DNA of 64,000 nt, taken from an uncultured Gemmatimonadales bacterium (lineage in GTDB: Bacteria > Gemmatimonadota > Gemmatimonadetes > Gemmatimonadales > JACORV01). The translations under genes and the position numbers were made by a program. The notes beneath the pieces were generated by a model that ran no database searches, was not told the origin of the DNA, and saw only the letters and a program-made list of their open reading frames with translations. The DNA lies in assembly GCA_963835535.1 (NCBI GenBank), contig CAWIFL010000013.1, positions 3,046-67,045 of the forward strand. The letters are read 5' to 3'. This document shows positions 19,776-27,653 of this stretch, in pieces (positions within the stretch are counted from its first letter, which is position 1; every line of letters begins with the position of its first letter).

Positions 19776-21187
19776 CCGACCCGCGCCGCCGGCTGCCGTC
19801 GGTGGACCGCCTGCTCAAGGAGAGCGCCGTCGCCCCCCTCGCCGCGGGCGTCCCGCGGAGCGCGCTCGTCCGCGCGGTGCGGAGCGCCTTGGGCGACGCG
19901 CGCGCGGCGCCGGAGAAAGCGCCCGCCGACGGCGCGGCCTGGGCCGCCGCCGTCCTCCGCGCGTTGGAGTCGGCGACGCGCCCGACGCTGCGCCGCGCGG
20001 TCAACGCCACGGGCGTGGTGTTGCACACCAACCTCGGTCGCGCCCCGTTGAGCGAGGCGGCGCTCGCCGCCGTCCGCGAGGCGGCGCGCGGCTACAGCAC
20101 GCTCGAGTACGACGCCGAACGCGGCCGGCGCGGCGACCGCCACGTGCACTGCGCCGGCCTGCTCACCGAGCTCACCGGCGCGCCGGCCGCGCTGATGGTG
20201 AACAACGCCGCCTCGGCGCTCCTCCTGGCCCTGGCGACCGCGGCGGCCGGCGGCGACGTGATCGTCTCGCGCGGCGAGCTGATCGAGATCGGCGGCGGGT
20301 TCCGGATCCCGGAGATCCTCGAGAAGAGCGGGGCGCGGCTCCTCGAGGTCGGCACGACCAACCGCACGAAGCTGGCCGACTACGAGAAAGCGCTCAAAGA
20401 CAGAGGCACAGAGGCACAGGGGCACAGGGGCACAGGCAAGCCAGCCGCGCGTCTGCCGGTCGCCATCCTCAAGGTCCATCGCTCGAACTTCCGGCAGGAG
20501 GGGTTCGTCGCCGAGGCGTCGCTGGAGGAGCTGGTGGCGCTCGGGCGGAAGCGCCGGGTGCCGGTGATCTACGACCTGGGCGGCGGACTGATGGTGGATC
20601 TCTCCGCCGACGGCCTCGACGGGGAGCCGCTGCTGCCGCGGGCCGCGAAGAGCGGCGCCACGGCCGTCGTCGCGTCGGGCGACAAGCTGCTGGGCGGCCC
20701 GCAGGCCGGCATCCTCCTCGGCACCGCGGCGTTCGTCGAGCGCTGCCGCACCAATCCGCTGGCGCGGGCGATCCGCGCCGACAAGCTCACGATCGCCGCC
20801 CTCTCGGCGACGCTGGCGCTCTACCGCGACACGGCCATGGCGCGGCGCGAGGTCCCGGTCCTGCGGATGCTGACGGAGCCGCGCTCGGTCCTGGTCGCGC
20901 GCGCCGAGCGCCTGGCCGCGACGCTGCCACCCGCGGCGCACGCCGTGGTGACGGCGACGCGCGCCGCGGTCGGCGGCGGGGCCTTCCCCGGCCTCGAGCT
21001 GGCCAGCGCCGGCGTCGCCCTCGCCCCGGAGGGGCTCTCCGCCGCGGGGCTGGCCGAGCGCCTCCGACTCGCCGCGACGCCGGTCGTCGCGCTGGTCACG
21101 GGCGGCCGCGTCGTCCTCGACGTGCGCACGATCGCGCCCGAGGACGAGCGGACGGTCGCAGACGCCGTCGCCGCGGCGCTTATCTAG
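19772..21187 (+). CDS. selA: L-seryl-tRNA(Sec) selenium transferase
   Basis: Tail of ORF 18155..21187(+) from VTDPRRRLPSVDRLL. Motifs: NATGVVLHTNLGRAPL, NNAASALLL, TTNRT, KVHRSNF, SGDKLLGGPQAG (PLP Lys). GTG 19772 overlaps the upstream stop (GTGA). Confidence 0.9.
   Translation: MTDPRRRLPSVDRLLKESAVAPLAAGVPRSALVRAVRSALGDARAAPEKAPADGAAWAAAVLRALESATRPTLRRAVNATGVVLHTNLGRAPLSEAALAAVREAARGYSTLEYDAERGRRGDRHVHCAGLLTELTGAPAALMVNNAASALLLALATAAAGGDVIVSRGELIEIGGGFRIPEILEKSGARLLEVGTTNRTKLADYEKALKDRGTEAQGHRGTGKPAARLPVAILKVHRSNFRQEGFVAEASLEELVALGRKRRVPVIYDLGGGLMVDLSADGLDGEPLLPRAAKSGATAVVASGDKLLGGPQAGILLGTAAFVERCRTNPLARAIRADKLTIAALSATLALYRDTAMARREVPVLRMLTEPRSVLVARAERLAATLPPAAHAVVTATRAAVGGGAFPGLELASAGVALAPEGLSAAGLAERLRLAATPVVALVTGGRVVLDVRTIAPEDERTVADAVAAALI
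20401..20438 (+). repeat. octanucleotide tandem array CAGAGGCA CAGAGGCA CAGGGGCA CAGGGGCA CAGGCA inside selA
   Basis: Read directly: 4.75 copies of an 8-nt unit, in frame, encoding ..DRGTEAQGHRGTGK... It is visibly more A-rich than the flanks. Confidence 0.9.
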
Positions 21188-21191
21188 CGCG

Positions 21192-21734
21192 ATGCGCGGC
21201 GCCGTCTTCCTCGATCGCGACGGCACGCTGGTCCGGGACCCGGGCTACCTGCACGATCCGGCGCTCGTCGAGCTGCTGCCGGGAGTGGTCGAGGGGCTGC
21301 GTACGCTGGCCCGGGCCGGCTGGCCGCTGGTCGTCGTGAGCAACCAGTCGGGGATCGCCCGCGGGCTGTTCGGGCCGGGGGCCTTCCACGCGGTGACGGC
21401 CCGCATCGAGGAGCTGCTGGCGCCGCACGGCGTCCGCTTCGCGGGCGTCTACTACTGCCCCCACCATCCCGACTTCACGGGCCCGTGCTCATGCCGCAAG
21501 CCGGGCGTCGAGCTGTTCGAGCGCGCGGCGCGCGAGCTGGGACTCGACCTCCGGCGCTCGTGGTTCGTGGGCGACATGCTGAAGGACGCCGAGCCTGCGG
21601 CCCGGCTCGGTGGCCGCGGGATCCTCCTGGGCATCCCCGAACCCGCGGACGCCCAGCGCACGCGCGATCTCGGCCTCGCCGTGGCCCTGGATCTCGAGGC
21701 GGCGGCCGCCCTCATCGGACCGCCGGCGGAGTGA
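21192..21734 (+). CDS. gmhB: D-glycero-beta-D-manno-heptose-1,7-bisphosphate 7-phosphatase (HAD-IIIA, histidinol-phosphatase family)
   Basis: ORF 21192..21734(+), 180 aa. Motifs: FLDRDGTL, VVSNQSGIARG, Zn-binding CPHHP..C.CRKP, GDMLKD. Confidence 0.8.
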   Translation: MRGAVFLDRDGTLVRDPGYLHDPALVELLPGVVEGLRTLARAGWPLVVVSNQSGIARGLFGPGAFHAVTARIEELLAPHGVRFAGVYYCPHHPDFTGPCSCRKPGVELFERAARELGLDLRRSWFVGDMLKDAEPAARLGGRGILLGIPEPADAQRTRDLGLAVALDLEAAAALIGPPAE

Positions 21735-21771
21735 CTCGCGTCACCACTCGAGCAGCCGATCTTGGCGAATA

Positions 21772-21799
21772 TTGCGCATTGGGAATGCGGCCGTATACT
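21772..21799 (+). promoter_or_regulatory. candidate sigma70-type promoter for the PPC-repeat gene
   Basis: TTGCGC (21772-77), 16-nt spacer, TATACT (21794-99), about 64 nt upstream of ATG 21863. It sits in a locally AT-richer spacer. Motif match only. Confidence 0.35.
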
Positions 21800-21862
21800 C
21801 ACCCTTCCAGCGGCCCCATTGCGGGGCCCGGCCGCTCATCCACACGTCACGAGGAGCGCAGC

Positions 21863-23104
21863 ATGTCGCATCGCGGAGCCACCATCGCACGGGTCGTGGG
21901 GCTGGGGCTCGGACTCCTGGCCGTCACGGCGCTCCCGACCAGGGCGCAGCAGCAGATCCCGATCGGGTCCTCCGTCACCGGCACGCTCAGCATGTCGGAC
22001 CCGACGTTGGGTGACGGGTCCCACTACAAGCTCTTCACCTTCATGGGGTCGGCCGGGCAGACGGTGCAGATCGACCTGATATCGTCCGACTTCGACTCGT
22101 ACCTGTATCTCAAGGACCAGAACGGCACGGAGATCACGCACGACGACGACAGCGGCGGCGGGCTCAACGCGCGCATCGTCCGCACGCTCGGGTACACCGG
22201 CATGTACCAGATCTTCGTGAACACGCTGCGCTCGGGCCAGTACGGCGCGTTCACGCTGCGGCTCCAGGCCGGCGCGGCGGTGTCGCAGCCGGTGGTGACG
22301 CCGATCGTCTCCGGCGCGACCATCGCGCCGATCGGCACGATCGGCCTGAATCAGCAGGTCCAGAACAACCTGGTGCCGGGCGGGACGACCTACGACGGGA
22401 AGCCGATCCACACGTACAACTTCCAGTGCACCGCCGGGCAGGCGTTCCAGATGGACGTCCTGTCGGAGTGGGACAACTACGCGATCGTCTTCGATCCGAT
22501 GGGCAACAACGTCGCGCACGACGATGACAGCGGCGAGGGCCTCAACGCCCGGCTCACGTTCACCTGCCCGCAGACGGCGACGTACAGGCTGGGCGTGACG
22601 ACCTACTCCGCAAGCACCACGACCGGGCTCTACACGCTGCGGGTGCAGGCGCTCGGCACGCCCACGCCGCTCGGCACGCCCACGCCGATCGGGCAGCCGC
22701 AATCCATCGTGCAGCCCATCCCGCAGCCGGTCGCGGTCGAGCCGACCAACATGATCGCGGCTCCGGGCCAGATGGCGCAGATCGCGATCGGGCAGACGAT
22801 GCGCGGACGGCTGGAGACGGGCGATCAGACGATGCAGGACAGCACCTACGCCGATCTCTGGCAGTTCCAGGGCAACGCCGGGCAGACGGTGCAGATCGAC
22901 GTGCGGTCGGACGAGTTCGACACGTACATGCAGCTGCTCGACGCGAACGGCAACAAGCTGGGCGAGGACGATGATTCGGGCGGGAACCTGAACTCGCGCC
23001 TCATTTTCACGCTGCCGACGACCGGGATGTACCAGATCGTGGTCAACAACGCCGGACACTCGCGGCGCGCGGGGATCTACACGGTCACGATCACGCCGAG
23101 ATAG
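21863..23104 (+). CDS. secreted protein with three pre-peptidase C-terminal (PPC)-like repeats
   Basis: Tail of ORF 21485..23104(+). GAGGAG (21851-56) precedes ATG 21863. Signal peptide: MSHRGATIARVVGLGLGLLAVTALPTRAQQ. Three ~110-aa repeats each contain F.G.AGQTVQID..S.(D/E)FD(S/T)Y..L.D.NG...DDDSGGGLNARI..TL..TGMYQI. Confidence 0.8.
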   Translation: MSHRGATIARVVGLGLGLLAVTALPTRAQQQIPIGSSVTGTLSMSDPTLGDGSHYKLFTFMGSAGQTVQIDLISSDFDSYLYLKDQNGTEITHDDDSGGGLNARIVRTLGYTGMYQIFVNTLRSGQYGAFTLRLQAGAAVSQPVVTPIVSGATIAPIGTIGLNQQVQNNLVPGGTTYDGKPIHTYNFQCTAGQAFQMDVLSEWDNYAIVFDPMGNNVAHDDDSGEGLNARLTFTCPQTATYRLGVTTYSASTTTGLYTLRVQALGTPTPLGTPTPIGQPQSIVQPIPQPVAVEPTNMIAAPGQMAQIAIGQTMRGRLETGDQTMQDSTYADLWQFQGNAGQTVQIDVRSDEFDTYMQLLDANGNKLGEDDDSGGNLNSRLIFTLPTTGMYQIVVNNAGHSRRAGIYTVTITPR

Positions 23105-23114
23105 GAGCGCGGCG

Positions 23115-23294
23115 ATGCAAGCCGCATTCGCAGCCGCGCTCGCGCGGGACGACGACTCGGGCGGCGGCACCAACGCGCGCATCGTCTTCACGGTGCCGGC
23201 CGCCGGCGCCTATCGCATCATCGCCAATACGTATCGGCAGGGGTCGTACGGAGCGTATACCCTGTCGGTGCGGGGGCTCCGAGGAGGGAGATAG
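23115..23294 (+). pseudogene. orphan C-terminal half of a fourth PPC-like repeat (59-codon ORF in a different frame)
   Basis: Below the ORF-track size cut-off. Manual translation: MQAAFAAALARDDDSGGGTNARIVFTVPAAGAYRIIANTYRQGSYGAYTLSVRGLRGGR. It matches the DDDSGGG.NARI...P..G.Y.I..N....G.YGA.TL half of the upstream repeats. It starts 10 nt after the upstream stop, shifted one frame. Confidence 0.5.
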
Positions 23295-23314
23295 CAGCAG
23301 GCAGAACCGTTCTG

Positions 23315-23348
23315 GCAACTTGCCGTCCGGCAGCTTGCGTCTTTGTTT
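23315..23348 (+). terminator. possible terminator hairpin downstream of the PPC locus
   Basis: GCAACTTGCCG (23315-25) pairs with CGGCAGCTTGC (23328-38), with a 2x2 internal mismatch. It is followed by GTCTTTGTTT. The hairpin is imperfect. Confidence 0.3.
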
Positions 23349-23349
23349 A

Positions 23350-24018
23350 ATGGGCATGCCTCCCCTGCAGGTCGCCGTGCTTGCTTCGGGCCACGGATCC
23401 AATCTCCAGGCCCTCCTCGACGCCTTTCAGGAGCCGGCCGCCCCCGCGCGCATCGCCCTCGTCGTCTCCAACAAGCCCGCCGCCGGGGCCCTCGAGCGCG
23501 CGCGGCACGCGGGGGTCGCCACCGCCACCATCCCCGAAGACGGCCGGGATGCGGACGCTCTCCTCGCCCTGCTCGCGCGCCACGACATCGCGCTCGTCGT
23601 CCTGGCGGGCTACCTGAAGCGGGTCCCCGACCGCGTCGTGGCGGCATATCGCGGGCGGATGCTGAACGTGCACCCGGCGCTCCTGCCCTGTTTCGGCGGC
23701 GCGGGGATGTACGGCCGGCGCGTCCACGAGGCGGTCCTGGCGAGCGGCGCCCGGATCACCGGCGTCACCGTGCACCTGGTGGACGAGCAGTACGACCACG
23801 GCCGGATCCTCGCCCAGTGGCCCGTCCCCGTCCACGCCGGCGACACCGCCGAAACGCTCGCCGCGCGCGTCCTCGAGGCCGAGCACCGGCTCCTCCCCGC
23901 CGTCGTGGGCGCGTTCGCGCGCTGCGGCGGCGAGCCCCGCTGCTTCCTGGCGGCCGACGCGCTCGGCCCCGCACCCTCACCGCAACCGGACTTCGCCGAT
24001 GCGCTCACGACCCTGTAG
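23350..24018 (+). CDS. purN: phosphoribosylglycinamide formyltransferase
   Basis: ORF 23320..24018(+). Motifs: VAVLASGHGSNLQAL, VVLAGYLKRV, MLNVHPALLP, HLVDEQYDHGRILAQ. ATG 23350 (MGMPPLQVAVL) is preferred over the track start. Confidence 0.9.
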   Translation: MGMPPLQVAVLASGHGSNLQALLDAFQEPAAPARIALVVSNKPAAGALERARHAGVATATIPEDGRDADALLALLARHDIALVVLAGYLKRVPDRVVAAYRGRMLNVHPALLPCFGGAGMYGRRVHEAVLASGARITGVTVHLVDEQYDHGRILAQWPVPVHAGDTAETLAARVLEAEHRLLPAVVGAFARCGGEPRCFLAADALGPAPSPQPDFADALTTL

Positions 24019-24997
24019 CGCGCTCGTGGCGCTGGCGTGCGCGCTGATCGCGACGCCGGCCGCCGCTCAGTCGCCCTCCGCCGGCCCGCCGCTCGATTCC
24101 CTGGTCGTCCGGCTCGCGAACATGAGTGCCGTCACCGGCCTCGAGGACGCGATGGCCGAGGAGCTCGCCGCGGCGCTGCCCGGCGCGGTGACGGACGCCG
24201 CCGGGAACGTGCTCGCGATCCGCGGCAGCGGCGACCCGACCCGGGTCGCGCTCTGCCCGATGGACGAGATCGGCTACGTGGTCGGCGCCGTCACGCCGGA
24301 GGGCTATCTGACCCTGCGCCGCGTGGGCGCGACCTTCATGGGCCCGCTGTACGACCAGTTCCTCGAGGGCCAGCGCGTCACCGTGTTCGGCAGCCGCGGC
24401 CCGCTCCCCGGCGTCGTGGGCGTGCGCTCGATCCACCTGACGCGCGGGCGCCCGTCCGCGGCCGACGAGCCGTTCAATCTCGACAACGCGTACGTGGACG
24501 TGGGCGCGACCTCGGCGGCGGGCGTCGAGGCCCTCGGCGTGGGCCTGCTCGCGCCGGTCACGCGCGCCAAGCGGGCACACCGCTACGGCACCGACCTCGT
24601 CGCCGCGCTCGACGTTTCGGCCCGCGCCTCCTGCGCCGCCCTGCTCGACGCGGTCCTGCGCCTCCCCGCGGGCGGCGGCCGCGGCACCGCCGTGGCCGCG
24701 TTCACGCGCCGGCGGAACCTCCGGTGGGACGGCGGCTCGTTCGTGGTGATCTCCCGCGCGCAGGGAGCGGCAGCCTCCGACGTCGTCCTGCTCGGCGAGA
24801 CCGCCGCGGCCGACTCCCTCGGTGCGGGCGCGGTCGTGACCGGGGGCGACTCGCTCCCCGCCGCGCAGGGCTTCCAGGCCGCGACCGCCTGGAGCCTGCC
24901 CACCCGCTACGCCCGCACGCCGGTCGAGACCGTGTCACTCAAGGACGTCGCGGTCCTCGCGGACAGGCTCGTGGCGTTCCTGGGAGGGCGGCCATGA
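23999..24997 (+). CDS. secreted M42-peptidase-like paralog, apparently catalytically degenerate
   Basis: ORF 23999..24997(+). Signal peptide: MRSRPCSALVALACALIATPAAAQ. The fold-level pattern resembles the next gene, but the metal-ligand boxes are altered (ALCPMDEIG instead of AH.DEIG; no EE box). Confidence 0.65.
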   Translation: MRSRPCSALVALACALIATPAAAQSPSAGPPLDSLVVRLANMSAVTGLEDAMAEELAAALPGAVTDAAGNVLAIRGSGDPTRVALCPMDEIGYVVGAVTPEGYLTLRRVGATFMGPLYDQFLEGQRVTVFGSRGPLPGVVGVRSIHLTRGRPSAADEPFNLDNAYVDVGATSAAGVEALGVGLLAPVTRAKRAHRYGTDLVAALDVSARASCAALLDAVLRLPAGGGRGTAVAAFTRRRNLRWDGGSFVVISRAQGAAASDVVLLGETAAADSLGAGAVVTGGDSLPAAQGFQAATAWSLPTRYARTPVETVSLKDVAVLADRLVAFLGGRP

Positions 24998-26121
24998 CGC
25001 ACGGACGCGCGGACGCACGGACGCACGGCGCGTGGGTGGCCGCCGCCGTCCTCGTGGCGTGCCTGACGCCCGGCGCGGCGCCCGCCCAGCAGCCGATCGG
25101 CCTCGGCGAGGCGCGCGACATCGTGTCGCGCCTGGTCGAGACCTACGGCGTCTCCGGCCACGAAGGCCCGGTGCGCGAGGCCGTCATCAAGCTCCTGCCG
25201 GCGTGGGCGAATCCGACCATCGATTCCGCGGGGAACATCCTGGTCCGTGCCGGCGCGGGCGACCCGCTCACCGTCTACGTCGCGCACCTCGACGAGATCG
25301 GCTTCGCCGTCACGGCGATCCGGGAGAACGGGCAGCTGGAGCTGAGGCAGCTGGGCGGGTTCTTCCCCTCCCTGTTCGAGGCGGAGCCGGCGCTCGTGCA
25401 CACGGCGAACGGGATCGTGCCGGCCGTCTTCATGCCGCGCGACAGCGTCGGCCGCTCACCCGCGCGGAACCCCGGCGCCCTGCGCGCCGATCCCGGCACG
25501 GGGAGCCGCGCCGCCACCGAAGCGCTGGGCATCAGGGTCGGCGACGCGGTGACGATGCCGAAGTCCTTCGCCGGCCTCGCGGGGACGCGCGCCACCGGGC
25601 GCTCGTTCGACGACCGGGTCGGCTCGACCGCGCTGCTCCTCGCCGTGCGGCACCTCGACCCGCGGCGGCTCCGGCACGCGGTGCTGTTCGTCTGGTCCAC
25701 CCGGGAGGAAGTGGGGCTCGACGGCGCCCGGTTCGTCGCGGAGCACGTGGGGACGTCCGAGCATCCGGCGCGCGTGTACGCCATCGACACCTTCGTCTCC
25801 TCCGACGCGCCGCTGGAGATCAAGACCTTCGCCGACGCGCCGCTGGGCGGCGGCGCCGTGGTCCGGGCGGTGGACAACAGCTCGGTGACGCCGCCCGCGC
25901 TGGTGGACTCGCTGCTGGCGCTGGCGCGCGCGCGGCACATCCCGCTGGTCGCGGGCACGACCAACGGCGGGAACGACGGCTCGACCTTCACGCGCTTCGG
26001 CGTGCCCGACGTGGGGCTCGGGTGGCCGCTGCGCTACGCCCATTCGCCGGCGGAAGTGATCGATCTCCGGGACCTGGTCTCGCTCGCCGACGTCATCCAA
26101 CTCACTGCGGAGCGATGGTAA
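24994..26121 (+). CDS. M42 family metallopeptidase (glutamyl aminopeptidase/endoglucanase-like) with signal peptide
   Basis: Tail of ORF 24037..26121(+) from MTHGRADARTHGAWVAAAVLVACL. Motifs: VAHLDEIGF, SFDDRVG, STREEVGLDGA, YAHSP. ATG 24994 overlaps the upstream stop (ATGA). Confidence 0.85.
   Translation: MTHGRADARTHGAWVAAAVLVACLTPGAAPAQQPIGLGEARDIVSRLVETYGVSGHEGPVREAVIKLLPAWANPTIDSAGNILVRAGAGDPLTVYVAHLDEIGFAVTAIRENGQLELRQLGGFFPSLFEAEPALVHTANGIVPAVFMPRDSVGRSPARNPGALRADPGTGSRAATEALGIRVGDAVTMPKSFAGLAGTRATGRSFDDRVGSTALLLAVRHLDPRRLRHAVLFVWSTREEVGLDGARFVAEHVGTSEHPARVYAIDTFVSSDAPLEIKTFADAPLGGGAVVRAVDNSSVTPPALVDSLLALARARHIPLVAGTTNGGNDGSTFTRFGVPDVGLGWPLRYAHSPAEVIDLRDLVSLADVIQLTAERW
24997..25028 (+). 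repeat. octanucleotide tandem array ACGCACGG ACGCGCGG ACGCACGG ACGCACGG at codons 2-12 of the M42 gene
   Basis: Read directly from the sequence. It encodes THGRADARTHG. The same unit occurs at 45857-45888 on the other strand. Confidence 0.9.
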
Positions 26122-27653
26122 TGCCGCGCGCCCTCATCTCGGTGTCGGACAAGCGCGGCCTCGTGGAGTTCGCGCGGGGCCTCTCGTCGCTAGGCTGGGA
26201 GATCGTCTCGACCGGCGGCACCGCCAAGGTGCTGAGCGACGAGAAGATCCCGGTCATCCCGATCGAGAAGGTGACGGGGTTCCCGGAGATGATGGACGGC
26301 CGGGTGAAGACGCTGCACCCGGCGGTGCACGGCGGGCTGCTGGCCCGGCGCGGCGTGAGCGGCGACCTGGCCGCGCTCGAGCGGCACAAGATCGCGCCGA
26401 TCGACCTGGTCGCGGTGAACCTCTACCCGTTCCGCGAGACCGTGGCGCGCCGCGGCGTCACGGAGGCGGACGCGATCGAGCAGATCGACATCGGCGGCCC
26501 CTCGATGCTCCGGTCGGCCGCGAAGAACTTCGCCTCGGTCACGGTGGTCGTGGACCCGGCGGATTACGCGCGGGTGCTCGAGGCGCTCAAGGCCGGGGGC
26601 GTGGGCGCGGAGCTCAAGCGCGAGCTGGCGATCAAGGTGTTCCGCGAGACCGCGAGCTACGACGCGGCGATCGCGCAGTGGCTGCAGGGGCGCTCCGCAA
26701 CGGGCCTGCCCCCCTTCATCTTTCTCGCGCTGGCGCAGAAGCAGCACCTGCGCTACGGCGAGAACCCCGACCAGCAGGCGGCGTTCTACGTCACCGGCGA
26801 GCCCGGCGGCCTGGCGAACCTCAACCAGTTCGGCGGCAAGGAGCTGTCGTTCAACAACTTCCTGGACCTCGACGCCGCCTGTCTCGCCCTCGAGCCCTGG
26901 CAGCACGAGGTGGCGTGCGTGATCATCAAGCACACCACGCCCTGCGGCCTCGCCCTCGGCAAGACCACGGCCGAAGCGTACCGCCGCGCGCTGGCGACGG
27001 ACCCGGTCTCGGCGTACGGCTCGGTGGTCGGCTTCAACACGATCGTGGACGCCGAGACGGCGACGGCGATGTCGGAGCTGTTCGTCGAGGCGGTGGTGGC
27101 GCCCCGCTTCCAGCCCGACGCGCTGGAGGTGTTGCGCAAGAAGAAGAACCTGCGGATCATCGAGGTGCCGAAGGCGGAGGCGGATGGCACGCTCGATTTC
27201 AAGCGCGTGCGCAGCGGCTTCCTGGCGGAGACCCGCATGCGGTTCGACGGCGACGAGAGCGGCTGGAAGGTCGCGACCAAGCGCGCGCCAACGGCCGGGG
27301 AGATGGAGGACCTGCGGTTCGCGTGGGCGGCGGTGATGAGCGTCAAGTCCAACGCCATCCTGCTGGCCCGCGGGGGGCAGACGCTGGGCATCGGCGCGGG
27401 CCAGATGAGCCGCGTGGACAGCTCGATGCTCGCCGTGCACAAGGCGAAGAGCGCAGGCCACGAGACCGCCGGCGCGGTGCTGGCCTCGGACGCCTTCTTC
27501 CCCTTCCGGGACGGCGTGGACGAAGCCGCCAAGGCCGGGATCCGGGCCGTGATCCAGCCGGGCGGCTCCGTCCGCGACGCCGAGGTGATCGCGGCGGCCG
27601 ACGAGCACGGCATCGCCATGGTCCTGACCGGCAAGCGGCAGTTCAGGCACTGA
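26121..27653 (+). CDS. purH: bifunctional AICAR transformylase / IMP cyclohydrolase
   Basis: Tail of ORF 25032..27653(+) from MPRALISVSDKRGLVEFA. Motifs: MDGRVKTLHP, GGPSMLRSAAKN, KHTTPCG, GAGQMSRVDS, QPGGSVRD. ATG 26121 overlaps the upstream TAA by 1 nt. Confidence 0.95.
   Translation: MPRALISVSDKRGLVEFARGLSSLGWEIVSTGGTAKVLSDEKIPVIPIEKVTGFPEMMDGRVKTLHPAVHGGLLARRGVSGDLAALERHKIAPIDLVAVNLYPFRETVARRGVTEADAIEQIDIGGPSMLRSAAKNFASVTVVVDPADYARVLEALKAGGVGAELKRELAIKVFRETASYDAAIAQWLQGRSATGLPPFIFLALAQKQHLRYGENPDQQAAFYVTGEPGGLANLNQFGGKELSFNNFLDLDAACLALEPWQHEVACVIIKHTTPCGLALGKTTAEAYRRALATDPVSAYGSVVGFNTIVDAETATAMSELFVEAVVAPRFQPDALEVLRKKKNLRIIEVPKAEADGTLDFKRVRSGFLAETRMRFDGDESGWKVATKRAPTAGEMEDLRFAWAAVMSVKSNAILLARGGQTLGIGAGQMSRVDSSMLAVHKAKSAGHETAGAVLASDAFFPFRDGVDEAAKAGIRAVIQPGGSVRDAEVIAAADEHGIAMVLTGKRQFRH

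Noticed and set aside
21863-23294. Diversity-generating retroelement, with the truncated repeat as template repeat for the PPC protein C-terminus.
   Set aside because: No reverse transcriptase gene is nearby. Similarity between the fragment and the in-gene repeats is only moderate, and the differences are not confined to adenines.
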